DNA of 51,440 nucleotides, the filler included, from Trypethelium eluteriae (Eukaryota): assembly GCA_051942245.1 (NCBI GenBank). It is 2 parts of 2 records of this genome, joined end to end, with 100 filler letters (N's around TTAATTAATTAA, not from the genome) between each part and the next. Parts side by side here need not be neighbours in the genome. Positions count along the whole stretch, not along the records: positions 1 to 25,698 come from JAVECL010000364.1; positions 25,799 to 51,440 come from JAVECL010000365.1. One strand, written 5' to 3'. Positions 23,313 through 35,535 of this stretch are shown here, one piece after another. Made by a program: the position numbers and the translations under genes. Positions within the stretch are counted from its first letter, which is position 1. Each line of letters starts with the position of its first letter. The notes under the pieces are model-generated. The model was not told the origin of the DNA. It did no database searches and worked only from the letters and a program-made list of their open reading frames with translations.

Positions 23313-25698
23313 CAGACTGGGCAACGATAGGCGCGATACGTATCGTACGATAAGCCCTATCGTACGATAAATTACCGCGATATCGCCGATATCGTCAGCG
23401 CCGACATAATTATTGTAATAAAATAAAATTCCTCCCCTTAATATGCTATTGTATGAGATAATTTACTCTAAATTATATAATTGATTTTTTAAAATATTTG
23501 ATCTCTTCTAATCCTTTAAAAATTCTTAAAGTTTAACAGTATTTGGATTAAGCTGTGCTTTATCCCAAGAAATTGTATAACGCATACCAGAAAATACCTA
23601 TTCTGGTTTATTATTTATTGCAGGAATTAAAAGAATATTAAAAGCAAATAAAAAGAGGTGTAATTATTATTTTTATTAAATATCTTTAGCCCACTACTTA
23701 ATTAATAATAAAGGAATCTTATATAAAGCTATTTCTGCGCAGTATTAATTAAATTAATTTTAACTTTATAATTACTGGTTATTATAATGCTTTTAAAGGA
23801 TTTATTTAAAGGGAGTAAGGTTTTGCTTTTGTATAAAAGTTAATAGCTTTCCCTAAGTATTGTATAAATAATTAAGATTAGTAAAAGGTTTTTAAAAGAA
23901 TTAAAGCTAAAGTTGCTTAATTTTTTAAAATTATACAGCTCTGTTTTAAGTTAAATTACCCTTTTTATTTTTTAAAAATATTATACAAACTGTAAAAAAT
24001 AAAAAGCAGGCTGCTTAATAATAAGAAGAAATATTAAGTTTTTCTTAATATTATTCTAATTTTAAAAGCGCGTATTATACTTAAGTATAAATTTGCTTTA
24101 GAAGCTTTAATTTCTAAAATAATTAATTAGTATATTTTACATAAGGTTAAATATAATTATATAATATATATTAATTCCTTTAAGCTACTTATAAAGCACT
24201 TTAATACTCTTATAAACTTTTTAAAGTGTTATATAATTTCCTTAAAGATATAATATAGCCTATTTAAATATTCCAAAATGTTAATAAATTATATAAAAAT
24301 AATTCCAATCTTTTAAAGTAAGAATATCTCTCTTATTTAATAAATTAATATTACAATACTTATTTATATATATTATAAGCGCCTCTTTAACTTATTACTT
24401 TTTAGCAACTTAAAGTATATTAAATTAATTATTCCATTTTATATAATTATTAAAAGGGATTCTCCAACCAGCTTTTAAAATAAATTCTGTTATATAAAGA
24501 GCAAATACACAGATATGGATAATAAAATTGTAAAGTTTACTTATTACTCTTATTTAAATATGTAATTTATTTCGCCTTTTTTTTAATATCTTCTTATCTG
24601 GCTGCTTATTTAAAAGCTCTTCTTAATTATATAAAGCCATATTATCTTTATTATTTTTATTATTAAAGAGATATGCTTATATAATAAAATTTAGAATATG
24701 GCCTTAGTAATAAATATAATTTTAAGTAGCTATTTAGTTAATCCGGTAAGTTTTAAAGAAGTATATTAATATTATATAATAAAGAGTATTATTTATAACT
24801 GCATTATTGCCAATAATTATGCTAATTAACTTTATATAGCCATATTCTTTAAAGACCGGAAGTAAAACTAATTATTAAGCTTTACTGCTATGGCCTGGTA
24901 TTGTATAAAAACTAATTAAATAAGTATAAAATTAATCAGTATAATTAACATAGCTTACATAAATAGCTAAAAAAAGGTAATTATTTAGAGATATTTAAAT
25001 ATTAATAGCTAAATGGATTTACATTTTTATAGACTAAATTAATTTTTATACAATATTTTTTAATTCTAAAAAAGACTCTTAAACTCTTTTTTTTATTATA
25101 TTATAAGAGCGAGGAAGTTTAACCCAGGGATTAAGCATAAAAATAAATTTATGTAATACATCCTATTTAATAAGTCAAAAAAAAGTCCGTATATAATAAG
25201 CAGATTAAGAAATACTATTATTTTAAGTGTGATGTTTATTATACAAAAGTATATATATCGCTTAAATTTAGCCGCTTCTCCTTTTATATAAAGTTTTTTA
25301 TAATCTGCTTTTAATTAATTGGTTAAAGTTAAAGCTATTAAGTATAATATTGTATAAGATTAATTAATCCCAACTTCTGGGTAATATTTCTAAATATAAC
25401 CTTATAATCCACTGGTTAATAAAAAAAACTTTTTATTATAATATTTGCAATAATAAAGTAATACTTTTTTAAATCTCTCTGGTTTATTTAGCTTTTTTAT
25501 ACAACAATAAATATGGATATCTAACCTATATTAAGCTTTAGACTCAGTACTCTCAATATCAGCAGTAAAGAAAAATTCTTCAGTCTAAATAAATGCCATA
25601 GCTATAGCTTATTTTATGCGAAGAGTCTTATTTCACAAAGAATTTCTAAAATTTAGCTATTTGTGTGGGGGCTAGCGTATCGTACGATAGTATCGTTA
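23313..25698 (-). mobile_element. hAT-superfamily DNA transposon, heavily RIP-mutated; right end cut by the gap
   Basis: Very AT/TpA-rich block. The minus strand retains hAT motifs: (L)LIPAINNKPE*VFSGMRYTISWDKAQL (~23545-23640; cf. SIPAMSDEPERVFSG), KLYNFIIHI and *GHILN. The left end is CAGACTGGGCAACGATA and the right end is TATCGTTA before the gap. Subterminal TATCGTACGATA palindromes lie at 23341, 23358 and 25678. Confidence 0.88.
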
Positions 25699-25798
25699 NN
25701 NNNNNNNNNNNNNNNNNNNNNNNNNNNNNNNNNNNNNNNNNNTTAATTAATTAANNNNNNNNNNNNNNNNNNNNNNNNNNNNNNNNNNNNNNNNNNNN
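25699..25798. other. Artificial contig-join spacer (N44 + TTAATTAATTAA six-frame stop linker + N44)
   Basis: Symmetric, exactly 100 bp; the 12-mer has stops in all six frames. Confidence 0.95.
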
Positions 25799-26689
25799 GG
25801 ATGTCGACGCCGACGCGCTTGACGGCTTCGTCGTCGCTTTTTACAGCGTCGAGTCGCGAGAGAATGTCTGGAGGGAGTTTTGCGTGGCTGAGCTTCGTCG
25901 TTCGTCGTAGGATCTGGTAGCTCTGGATAGGCATCAAGCCCGGTATTATAGTAATATCCTTGAACACGCCTGATGGGTCCTCTCGCAGCATCTTCTCAAA
26001 CTCCTGATATGCCTTCACATCGTAGAATAGCTGGGTCATAAGGAAATCTGCCCCTGCTCTTGTCTTCTCTATCAAGTACGGTAGATCAAACGCCGGATCC
26101 TGCTTCTCGGGATGACTTTCGTCTGAATGGCCTTCTGGATATGTCGCTACACCTATGCAGAAGTAATCACCATGCTGCCTCTTTATGTACTTGACCAGAT
26201 CTACCGCCCAGACGAACTCATCCTCATGATCTCCATCCAACGGCGGCATTCCCTCCTCCCTGTACTCATTGCTTCGTGGAGGATCTCCTCTCAGTGCGAG
26301 TATATTCCGGATACCTAGGACTTTTGCCTGTTCTAGCGCCTCATCTATCAGTGAGCGACTCATGTTGGTACAGGTAAGGTGCAGGCACGTCGTCAAGCCA
26401 AGCTGTCGCTGACAGATTTCGGCAAGCTCGAGCGACTTGGTTGCGGTGGAGCCACCGGCACCCCAGGTAACGTTGACGAAGAGCGGCCTAAGGGCGGTAG
26501 ACATGCGTTCGAGGCGTTGTTGAAGGTTGGAGAAGCCCTATAGATGCCGCAATCAGTCATTGTTTACCTATCTTGAGAACGCTCTACGGCGGGGAAGGAT
26601 ACCATTGAGGTTTTGGGAGGAAAGAATTCGAGGGAAGAATAATGTGATGATGGCGGCAGCGCCGCAATCTTATCCGTGATCTTCTCCAT
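25799..26689 (-). CDS. MET12: Methylenetetrahydrofolate reductase (Met12-type), 3' truncated by the gap
   Basis: MEKITDKI...SLEFFPPKT|GFSNL...VTWGAGGST...HLTCTN...LALRGDPP...TQLFYD. Intron at 26538-26602. Confidence 0.9.
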
Positions 26690-27148
26690 CTCAGAGATGC
26701 AGTTGTAGTCAATTGGATGCTGGTACAGAGATTCTCTTGGGCGGCCATGGCATGGTGGGGACAAATCTACGAGCACGAGGGAAGGCAAGATTCGGCAGTG
26801 GTGGGGCGGATGACGCAGTTCTTTTGCTCACGTAAAGAGCTCAGCAGCGGCAGCAAACACTGCATGTGTTTCTAGGTCCGCGTTGGTAACAATGAGACCC
26901 AGCATCCTTGAAAGGGAGAATATCCTTTCGTCTCAATAGTGATCTCGTAAATGAGTGTTTCGCGCAAATAATAGATCTGCACGCCCTTCATTTGAAGTCC
27001 TTCGAGCAGAATTAACGAAACATTCCTAAAGATGATTAAATACGGTTTAATTTACGTTCTATCAGGGGGCAAGAAGTCTCTACTGTACTGTCAGATTATT
27101 ATTAAGTTACTTTTGTACATCCAAATCTCCAAGATTTTCCACTGTATC

Positions 27149-28346
27149 TCATCCTAGATTCTGCCAAAAGTTGGCCGCAGCTTCCAGGTCATCAACATTG
27201 AGTAAGTCAACGCTTTCATTCCACAACTGCCTCCAGATCCCGTTTCGTGTTCCAATTGGCCAACCTGGTTGGTCCCAGTATCGTACCAAGATACCCTTCC
27301 CGTGCGCTGTGGCCACCTGGGAACGAAGTGTGGCCAATTGCGTATCATTCAAGGTCTCATTCCGGACCTCACCGAACACGGCGGCAAAGTCCGTGCTTGC
27401 GATGGGACTGACGTCGGACGTGATGTTGCCGCCGGTCGTCCCAAGATCAGGAAGTGGACCATCGAAAAAGTAGTCTCGGGGAGCGACGCCTTGAACCTGG
27501 TTGAGGGGAGTATTGCCAGTGCCGACGACGGTGACTTGGCCTGTGGTAACGTCGCCGGAGCTGCTAACGTTGGTCAGGTAGCCAGCGCTGCGAAGAGGCT
27601 CCAAAGCTTTGATGACTTCCGGGAACGTGGTCGCGCCATCGGTCTTGACATCGACAAAGAGGTACAATGTTTGGGCAGAGTCGGTATCGTAGACACCACT
27701 AGCAATCGATGAGATTGAGTTTAATCATCGATTGTTGCCCGCAGACTTACTTTTTAGTTGGACTTGTCACGAAAGGCGAGCTCGGGTTCTGACGCCGCAA
27801 CGTGTCGAGAATCGGCTGAACATAGAGGGAATCAAACGTGCGAAGGCTGGTTAGAGCACTTTCTTCGTGACCAACCTGTCGGAGATGTAAATTTAGCAAT
27901 GTCTCATTTCCGGTCTCATTTAGCAAAGCTTGAAATGCAGACACGACAGAAATCTTCAATGTACAGGAACTTACATGCAAGGTCCCATTATATAACCAGA
28001 CATCAGCTTCGACAGACACAGCGCCTACTGATAGAGCTAGATTCCATCAGCAAAGGATGACGAGGATTTCAGTAAGGAACTGTACCAGAATAGAATGGGA
28101 TATCTCTCCAGTAATCATTATGCGAGTGGAAGGCTTTCTATTCAAGTAAACATCATGGTTTGAAGCGCGACGGATGATATGCCTCACTGGTACAATTCCT
28201 CGAGTAAGGTCTGTAGGATAATGATAAAGATTGCTGTTATGTGTATTCTGTAGGATATTTTGCAAAGTAGTTGAGATAGGAAGATCAGACTGTGCTTGGG
28301 CTGCACTTGCAGCTAGGCAGGCTCTGATGATGAAAGAAAGTTTCAT
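27149..28346 (-). CDS. Secreted AIM6-like PLC-like phosphodiesterase (5 exons)
   Basis: Signal peptide, YPTDLTRGIVP|KAFHSHNDYWR, SVEADVWL, VGHE, LFVDVKT, VRYWDQP and LLNVDDL. Confidence 0.85.
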
Positions 28347-28864
28347 GGCGATGTAGACGAGTCCGAAATCACAGTTCAAGATCGGATAGAGTTGGAAGTT
28401 TCCGAATCATTGCAGCAGGATTGTCTAGAGATTTATCGTCCAGAGCCATTCAAGAATGACGACGTTTCGGCAACGCTTATGCAGGTCCTTGTGGAGCTCT
28501 AGAAGACGAATAGTTTATGCCTCCAGGGCAAGCCGCGATTGGGCCAATGATTCAGGAACGTGATTCCTGACGAGCTGCGAGCTACTAACCCTTCCGGGCT
28601 CCTCGGATCAAGCCACCGACCGGTGCCCCGAGCACGAGCACGAGGCTCGGACGCACTTTCACCGTGTTCGTCTCTCTACCATCCCATCTCCTTTCTGACT
28701 TCTGCCGTTCAGCACCTATCATTTTATCAATTTTATCATTGAATACTGTTTCAAGACATAGAGAATAAATGCGTTCTGAGAACTATTGCCTATCATTCGT
28801 GTCGTCATCAAGAAACTAACATATCATGAGCGGCACAAGGCCTTTGTAGCTGTGCGAAAACACT

Positions 28865-31800
28865 TTACTCGTCTTCGGGCCCGGAATCATCACTAATCTC
28901 GTCCTTCTCATCATCGGATGTCACTCCTCCGGGATTAGCTGGTGGTGATAGAGCAACTGCTCTCTTTGCTTCGGACTTCGATCGAGTCTCATCCTTCTCA
29001 GTAGGCCTTCTCGCCTTCGCCAACCCTCCACCATTCCGGCGCATGGTCATAGAGGCTCTTTCGAATTTCGGGTTGGATGACTGATCCTTGGTCGGAGTCC
29101 AGCCATCCGACCTAAGTTCCTCGGCTTCCGCAAGCTGGCTCTGACTGTGGTGCTTATGAACATCCAGCAGATACTGATCAAAGCCTGAAATCGCTTGACT
29201 CACTGTCCTGAAGTGGTTCTTTGTCAGGTTTGCTGTTCTGTACTTTTTCTTCGCTGCGACTTGCTCGTCGGACGCTCCGTCTTTCTTAATCCGAGCTTCT
29301 AGATCATACTCGGCGAGAGCAATGGCGGTTTGAAATGCATTTCGAATTTGTCGACCATTCCAGGACAGCTCGTAGTCCACCGTGTCGTCGAAGTGCCTCT
29401 TCGCGAAGTTTAGAAGTTGCTCTCGATCGAATTGGATCTTGACATCACGCTCCTCATTTTGCCTCTCAAGAAGTTTCAGGCAGTTGTCCCACATATCCAA
29501 TGTGGCTGCTCTGGATAGATTGGGATAGTAGAGGGGCAAATGAATGCGAGATCGGAACGCCTCGTCAAATTCACCAACTCGATTGGTCGTGAGGAAGAGT
29601 ATTCCCGGATAATATTCAAGAATTCGGAGGAAAACTAATAGCATCCGTTAGATCAGACGGCTTGTGAAGGCTTTGCTCGCAGCTTACTGGATACAAGAGC
29701 ATTCCGTCTGACATCGCCTCTCTCCCTCTTTGCAAGGAAGACATCTGCTTCGTCCAAAAGCAGGACACAACCCCACTTATGCGCAAGCCTAAAATGCCAA
29801 TTTAAGTTATCTTCGATTTCTACCGGTGTCTCGCCAACGTCACCACAGGTAATGGGATAGAGAGGACGCCTAGTGTAGGCTGCCACAGTTTCAGCGGTAG
29901 AAGTCTTTCCCACGCCTGGAGCACCATGTAGGAGAATGATGAGACCCTTTCCTTTCCCTCTTACAAGATCCATCGATATTCTCTGCCGCGATTGTGGCTC
30001 GCCGGTTTGTGGTATCTCTCGTTTCTTGGGCCCGGTCGAGTGGTTCTTCACGAGTGCCAAAATGAGATTCTTATTTTCTTGGGGAATTACTAATTCCTTG
30101 AACCCGCTTTCTCTGCGTGCCTCGTCATCGTCAATGTCTCTGACATCATCTACGTTCAGCCAGCCTGAAATGTGCGTTAGTCTGTTCTTTCATTCAGGGC
30201 CACGAGAAAAGTCTGAGGATCTTACTCCATGACCTGCTTCGAAATACGTAGGCTAAGACCTGCTTTGGTAACAAGCGGAGGTGTTCGTCAGTCAAATCCT
30301 CATGTTCCCTGTTGCGTGACCGAAATAGAGCCCCGTTCCTGTCTTTGTATTGCTCAGCAAGACTTGAGTCGAATCGGCGATCATCGTAATTTATCGTTAC
30401 ATCATGGAGAGACCTGTCATTGGCAAAACTGGACTCAAAGAATTCTTCTTGGGGTGCAATGGATGTTGACATGGTTTGGCCAATCGGTGGTGATTCCGCA
30501 TCGGAATACTGATATCCGGTCTTAAAATCAATTACAACTTCACCGTGTACCTCGACAAGGGTCTCCTTTGTTCCTGATGGAGCTAGACCTTCATATGTCT
30601 TGTGTGAGATGTGGTCGAGTTCTCTAAATCTCCGTCCTCTCCGTAGAAGCCCGTCGAGGAGTTCATACTGCTTTGGATCAAATTGAGCAGGGTAGACATC
30701 TAGGTTTAGAATTGACTTTTCGGAATCGTAGGGTTTGATAGAAAAGGTCTTTTGGATGAGGCCGTATAAGGTTCCATCGAAATCTACGTGGAAGCAGTCT
30801 AGGACAAAGTCATTACGCCAATGACTTCCAGCAATACGGTTTCGGGGGCCTGCGTAACCACATTCGCCAACCGTCTCCTTCCAAGGCTTTTCAGATAGAT
30901 TGGTCCTCCCGCCACCAAGGCACCAGACAATGTACGCACGAGATCGGCCACCTCCCTCAACTCGTTCAGTAGCAAATACTGTATCACCAGGACTAAAGAG
31001 GTGCCAAAGGTCATCGAATCTAATTTTTTCCAGCCGGCGGTCTTCGATTTCTTGCCGAAGTCTTAGTGTATCTTTCAGATCTGATCGGATGAAATTTATT
31101 AGAACTTCAAGGTGGTCGATGGACGTCCATAAGTCAGTTTGCTCTGGAAGCGCTATACTCCGACGAGCATGTTCATTTCTTGTGGAATCTCTATCGAGGG
31201 CTTCTACCTTGGTGGCCAAAGTCTTTTTCAGCTCAGGCAGTTTCGACACCAAGACTTTGAAAGGCCGTACCATGATGACTGGATCATCGACCATTGTCGT
31301 GCCGCTGATGGATTCAAGAATTTTTCTCAAATGCCTTGAATTGATCTGGATCCGCTGTGGTGAGACTGCTAGGCCAGTCTTATTACCTGTATGTGCTATC
31401 AAGCTGGTTTCATTCGACTTCACGTTGTGTAATGAAGGAACGACAGGCGTTTTCCAGTTGTAGTATGCCGTGAGCACGCTCGAGCTGACTTCAGGACGCA
31501 ACAAGCCATCATCTGCGTCAAACGCCGGTCTCCATTCGTCCATAGAAAGTCTTTTGGGCTCAAGTTCGAGTTGAAAGCTATGGCGCTCGTTCGAGTCATT
31601 CAACCCGTCTTTGGAGTATCCTAGATCTTCAGGCTCCTGCTCGCCCTCCAATAAGGATTGCTCTGAATCACTTTCTTGATTTGATTGACCTCGGTCGCTG
31701 TCTGCACGAAGTCCATCGTTCCTGAATTGCGAGTTTGTGTCTGTCCCGCTATCCACTGAGGTATCGTTGCCTTTGGCCACCTCTTCAATCTCTTCATCAG

Positions 31801-31969
31801 ATGGCAAAGTGTGACCCTCCCCCGATCGAGTACTGATCCCCCTTTCATCACAGGACAATTTGATCGGATCGCCAGCCCCTACGGCCATATCTTGATGAAC
31901 GACGGTACCACTCATCTTATCCAATAAGGGGTCTATGTTTATCTCTGCCGTCGATGTTCTGGCCATCAT
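28865..31969 (-). CDS. Fungal AAA+ ATPase (long N-terminal domain), exons 31969-30226, 30164-29688 and 29634-28865
   Basis: Walker A GAPGVGKT, Walker B LLLDEADVF, LEYYPGILFLTTNR, AFRSRIH and NGRQIRN. Confidence 0.92.
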
Positions 31970-32732
31970 AGCGCCACTTGGCTAGTATTTATTCTGATGT
32001 GAGCTCGATAAAATCCGGAATCCAATACAAGAAGGACGATCTCCATGCTTCTTGTTGGAGCAATTTTTATCCAATGATCAACGCTTAGGACCTTTGCCTC
32101 AGTCGAATCAGACTACTGGTTCTTCAAATGCGTAGGACTAGGCTGTGCTGCAGTCCTACCAAGTTGTGTTGGTCAGAATGCATTTGCTCTTTGTGAGACC
32201 GGGACGCCATCAGCTCAGTGGCAGTGTGATGTTCGGATTTCTCGCGTACCACTCGCAAAATCAATAATTGCTGCAAATATCCGTTCACATTGTCAAGTAT
32301 GTTCAGCCACGTGTCAGAACGCAATTTTCATCTCCTCTCTTGCGTCACCATGTATAACGTGATTCTTGAATGAATCCTGAGGAATGGTCATGTTATGTTG
32401 CATTTGGCAGCAACCCTTCACAGCATTGTCAGACGATCCACGATACGTGACAGTTGAGTAGTAATGTGACAATACTTCTTTCCCGATGCACGGCATCGTT
32501 GCAACACGGTGCTCAGCTGATGATCTTGCGAGCGTTGCGCTAAACTTGAGCAGGTGCTGCCTGGTCTCGTAAACTCAACAACAGAGGAGCCGACTTGTAG
32601 ACCTGCTCTTGATCATTTGTTGGGACATGGAATGTCCTCTCTGATACATATTAAGATATTTGGTCCTTGAAAACAATGCACGACTGTTGCGATCAAACCT
32701 TATTCTGCGTCTAGAAAGCTAAGCTGTGGGAT

Positions 32733-34891
32733 ATGGATGTACCGGAAAATGCCCAGCGAACGATGCCGAGTGCATTTGCATCCAATGGCGTACCAGAATC
32801 ACAACATTTACGCAAGCAGGAGATCGTTTTAGACTTCATGAATAGCAAGCTCAAGGGTGACCTTCATCCAGCCCTCAATACAACGAATGAAATACGAGAT
32901 CATACTCGGAAAACGTGGTATGGGCAAGACATCCTTAAGTGAGTACAGTGTTTCTAATGAGGTTATTTACTGATGAATGAGAACTCAAATGAACTCAGGG
33001 TCGAAAGACCTTGAATTTGAACAATCATATCCTCAGACTTCCTTGTGAGAATTAATCGAATCCAGAAGATGATTAACGTACCTCTGACTTGCTTGTAGAA
33101 GCAAGGAAACGCTGCAGGACCTGTACATCGAATCCGAGGCTGCACGGTCAAATTTAAACGCAACCCTCTCAAACTTTCGCTCTGAGCTGTTCCCTGGCGT
33201 TGAAGCCAAGGCAAGTTCTGGAGGTCTAACGGACTGGAACGAGATACTGGAGATGGGGGCCCAAGTGAGAGATAAGTACCTATGTGAAGACCTAGAAGGA
33301 ACCGCAGGAGGGCTTCGAAAGTTTGCGCGAAAATTTTGTGACTGCGCAGGATCACTCAAAGCATTTCTCGAGCTTTTGCCTTCAGAGTCACTCTATGGAT
33401 CGGTGCTTTTCGGAACTCTGAAAATCATCATCCTCGTATGCTCTGCATCATCCCTCCAAGTTGCGGGTTGACTGACACCTTTCAGAGTGCAGAAAGGCTT
33501 GGTAAAGTCCGCAAGAAGACGCTGGAGGCCTTTGAAAATATGGCCGAAATCATCGAAGACGTGCGGGATTCGGGCGATATGTTTCCAGATGATCAACCTC
33601 TGCATCTCAGAAAGTCAGCAGTCTACGCTTGTTTGGCTCGTGGACTAGAGAACATTCTGAAATTCTTCATGCAAGGTGCAATTAGTGAGAAAGCTCATGC
33701 AAGGCCACTCTTGTTCCGGGGCTAGACTAATGTGTACCAGAGAAAGCTCTCAAAGCCTGTTGCCAACATAGCGGATACGATCAGTTAAGTGGGGATAGTA
33801 ACAGATTGAAGAAGCGGATCGAACATTTTCGTAGCAGAGTAGCTTTCTGCAGTCAAGAGATGGTGAAGGAAGTTTTGGTTAACCAGAGAGCAAGCCAGAG
33901 AGGCCAATTCGAGCAAACACTAGAACTGCGACGATGCAGTGCGCTGTTTGAGACTCAAATACTCATGTATTCGCGAATGCAGGACAGCATCGAACAAACA
34001 CGACAGGGCAAAACAGACCATCGGTCGTTGGCTGAGGCCTTGCTGAAGGAGAAAAAACCGAAACGGTGTTCCTTGACCGCTGATATCATGATGGAGCAAA
34101 TCCGTTTTGATCCGTCTAATGCGGTCATCGAATGTGAACAGCTGCTTAACTTGTCTGCAGTCATGAGTCTGAGGGACCAAGATCGCTCTACAGCGATTAT
34201 GAGAGACGAAAGATTACATGAGTGGTTGGTTGTCGGCAAGTCCGCTCCGCTCTTGGTCAACGCTCGCTCAGCCGTATCAACGCAGTCTCCGATGTCCCTT
34301 GTCTGCGCATCTCTGGTGATCGCCCTGTTCGAGATTGCACAGAGACAGGACAATCATGTCATTGCGCTGTGTTTCTTCTGCGGCGAACATGTCAACCAGA
34401 GCAAAGACTACAGAGCTGATCCTGCTGGAATGATGCTTGAACTGTTGGGCCAACTTATAGACGCGTACTCTGGATTTGACTTCTCCGAAGTTGAAGCTGC
34501 GTGGAATGATTTCCGGGCCGCGGACACCCTAAATGTAGGAAGCATTTCTCGTGTCTTTAGCTCTCTTCTAGATCAGTTACCAGAGAGCATGATCTTATTC
34601 TGTATAATTGACGGCGTTAGCTATTACGAGGACATCTATCGGCAGAGAGATCTCCTGGAAGCTACTGAGTGTCTCGTCAATGCCACTCGTACAGACAAGG
34701 GCCCAATTATCAAGGTCCTGATGGCAAGTCCAGCTACATGTACTCGGATATGGAGAACAAGGCTCTTTACATGCGATGAAACTCTTGACATGAACTGGGG
34801 AGCCGTAGCGAGGAGTGCTTCTCGAGGCTTGGACTTGACTAGGCTGATTAGTGAAAGTATGGCGGAGGTTGCTGGAATCGAAATGCAGTAG
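32733..34891 (+). CDS. Multi-exon protein with helical N-terminal region and degenerate NACHT-like NTPase fold lacking Walker A
   Basis: Spliced exons lead into the 33806-34891 ORF: LHEWL...LLVNA (no GxxGxGKS), FFCGEH, MMLELLGQL, LFCIIDGVSYYE and KVLMASP. The 5' exon boundaries are uncertain. Confidence 0.7.
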
Positions 34892-35535
34892 CACGGCGAC
34901 GATTGTAGCCAAATACTTTACTCTGAGTACCACAGTCGATCATGATCTCCTCTAATTAGAGAGGGACCCCAAAAACTTAAAAGCACGAACATATCACGTG
35001 AATTCGTGTCGCATCCCTTGTGACGTCACAAGCCCTTTGGTTCGCTTCGACTCCGTATTACGCGTCTACCAACTTCTTGCGTCCGATGTTCTACGAGGTG
35101 CACAAGCGCGCTCCCATACCAAAATTGTCAATTGCTTCCAGGCGAGGAACAGTTTCCGAAGCTGGAGTCAAGTCTCTCGGACTTATTACGCTGACATTCC
35201 TTGTGTCGACCTCTCTTTCAGGACGCAGGAAGATGGCGTACCAAAGCCTCGAAACTTTCAACCCTTCTTCACCTCGACATCCGCGAATTGAAACCAAAGC
35301 ATGGGTAATTTCTTCGAGATGGGGCGTGATCGACTCTATCTGTGCACCACGCCTTTGAATCTCTCTTAATATAACTGAAGATTTCGGGGCTAGATGTACC
35401 TGGACAGATGAGCTCTGGCGCTTCCATGGTCGACATCGTATTTCGCAGTAAGCTTGCTACTGCTCTTACGATACTCGAGGACAGCAGCTCTGAAAGAGCG
35501 GTTGAGAGAAGTCAATCTGCACGCGATACTTGCCG

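Noticed and set aside
25743..25754. TTAATTAATTAA as a biological repeat, or as the MET12 stop
   Set aside because: Artificial six-frame stop linker inside the N gap
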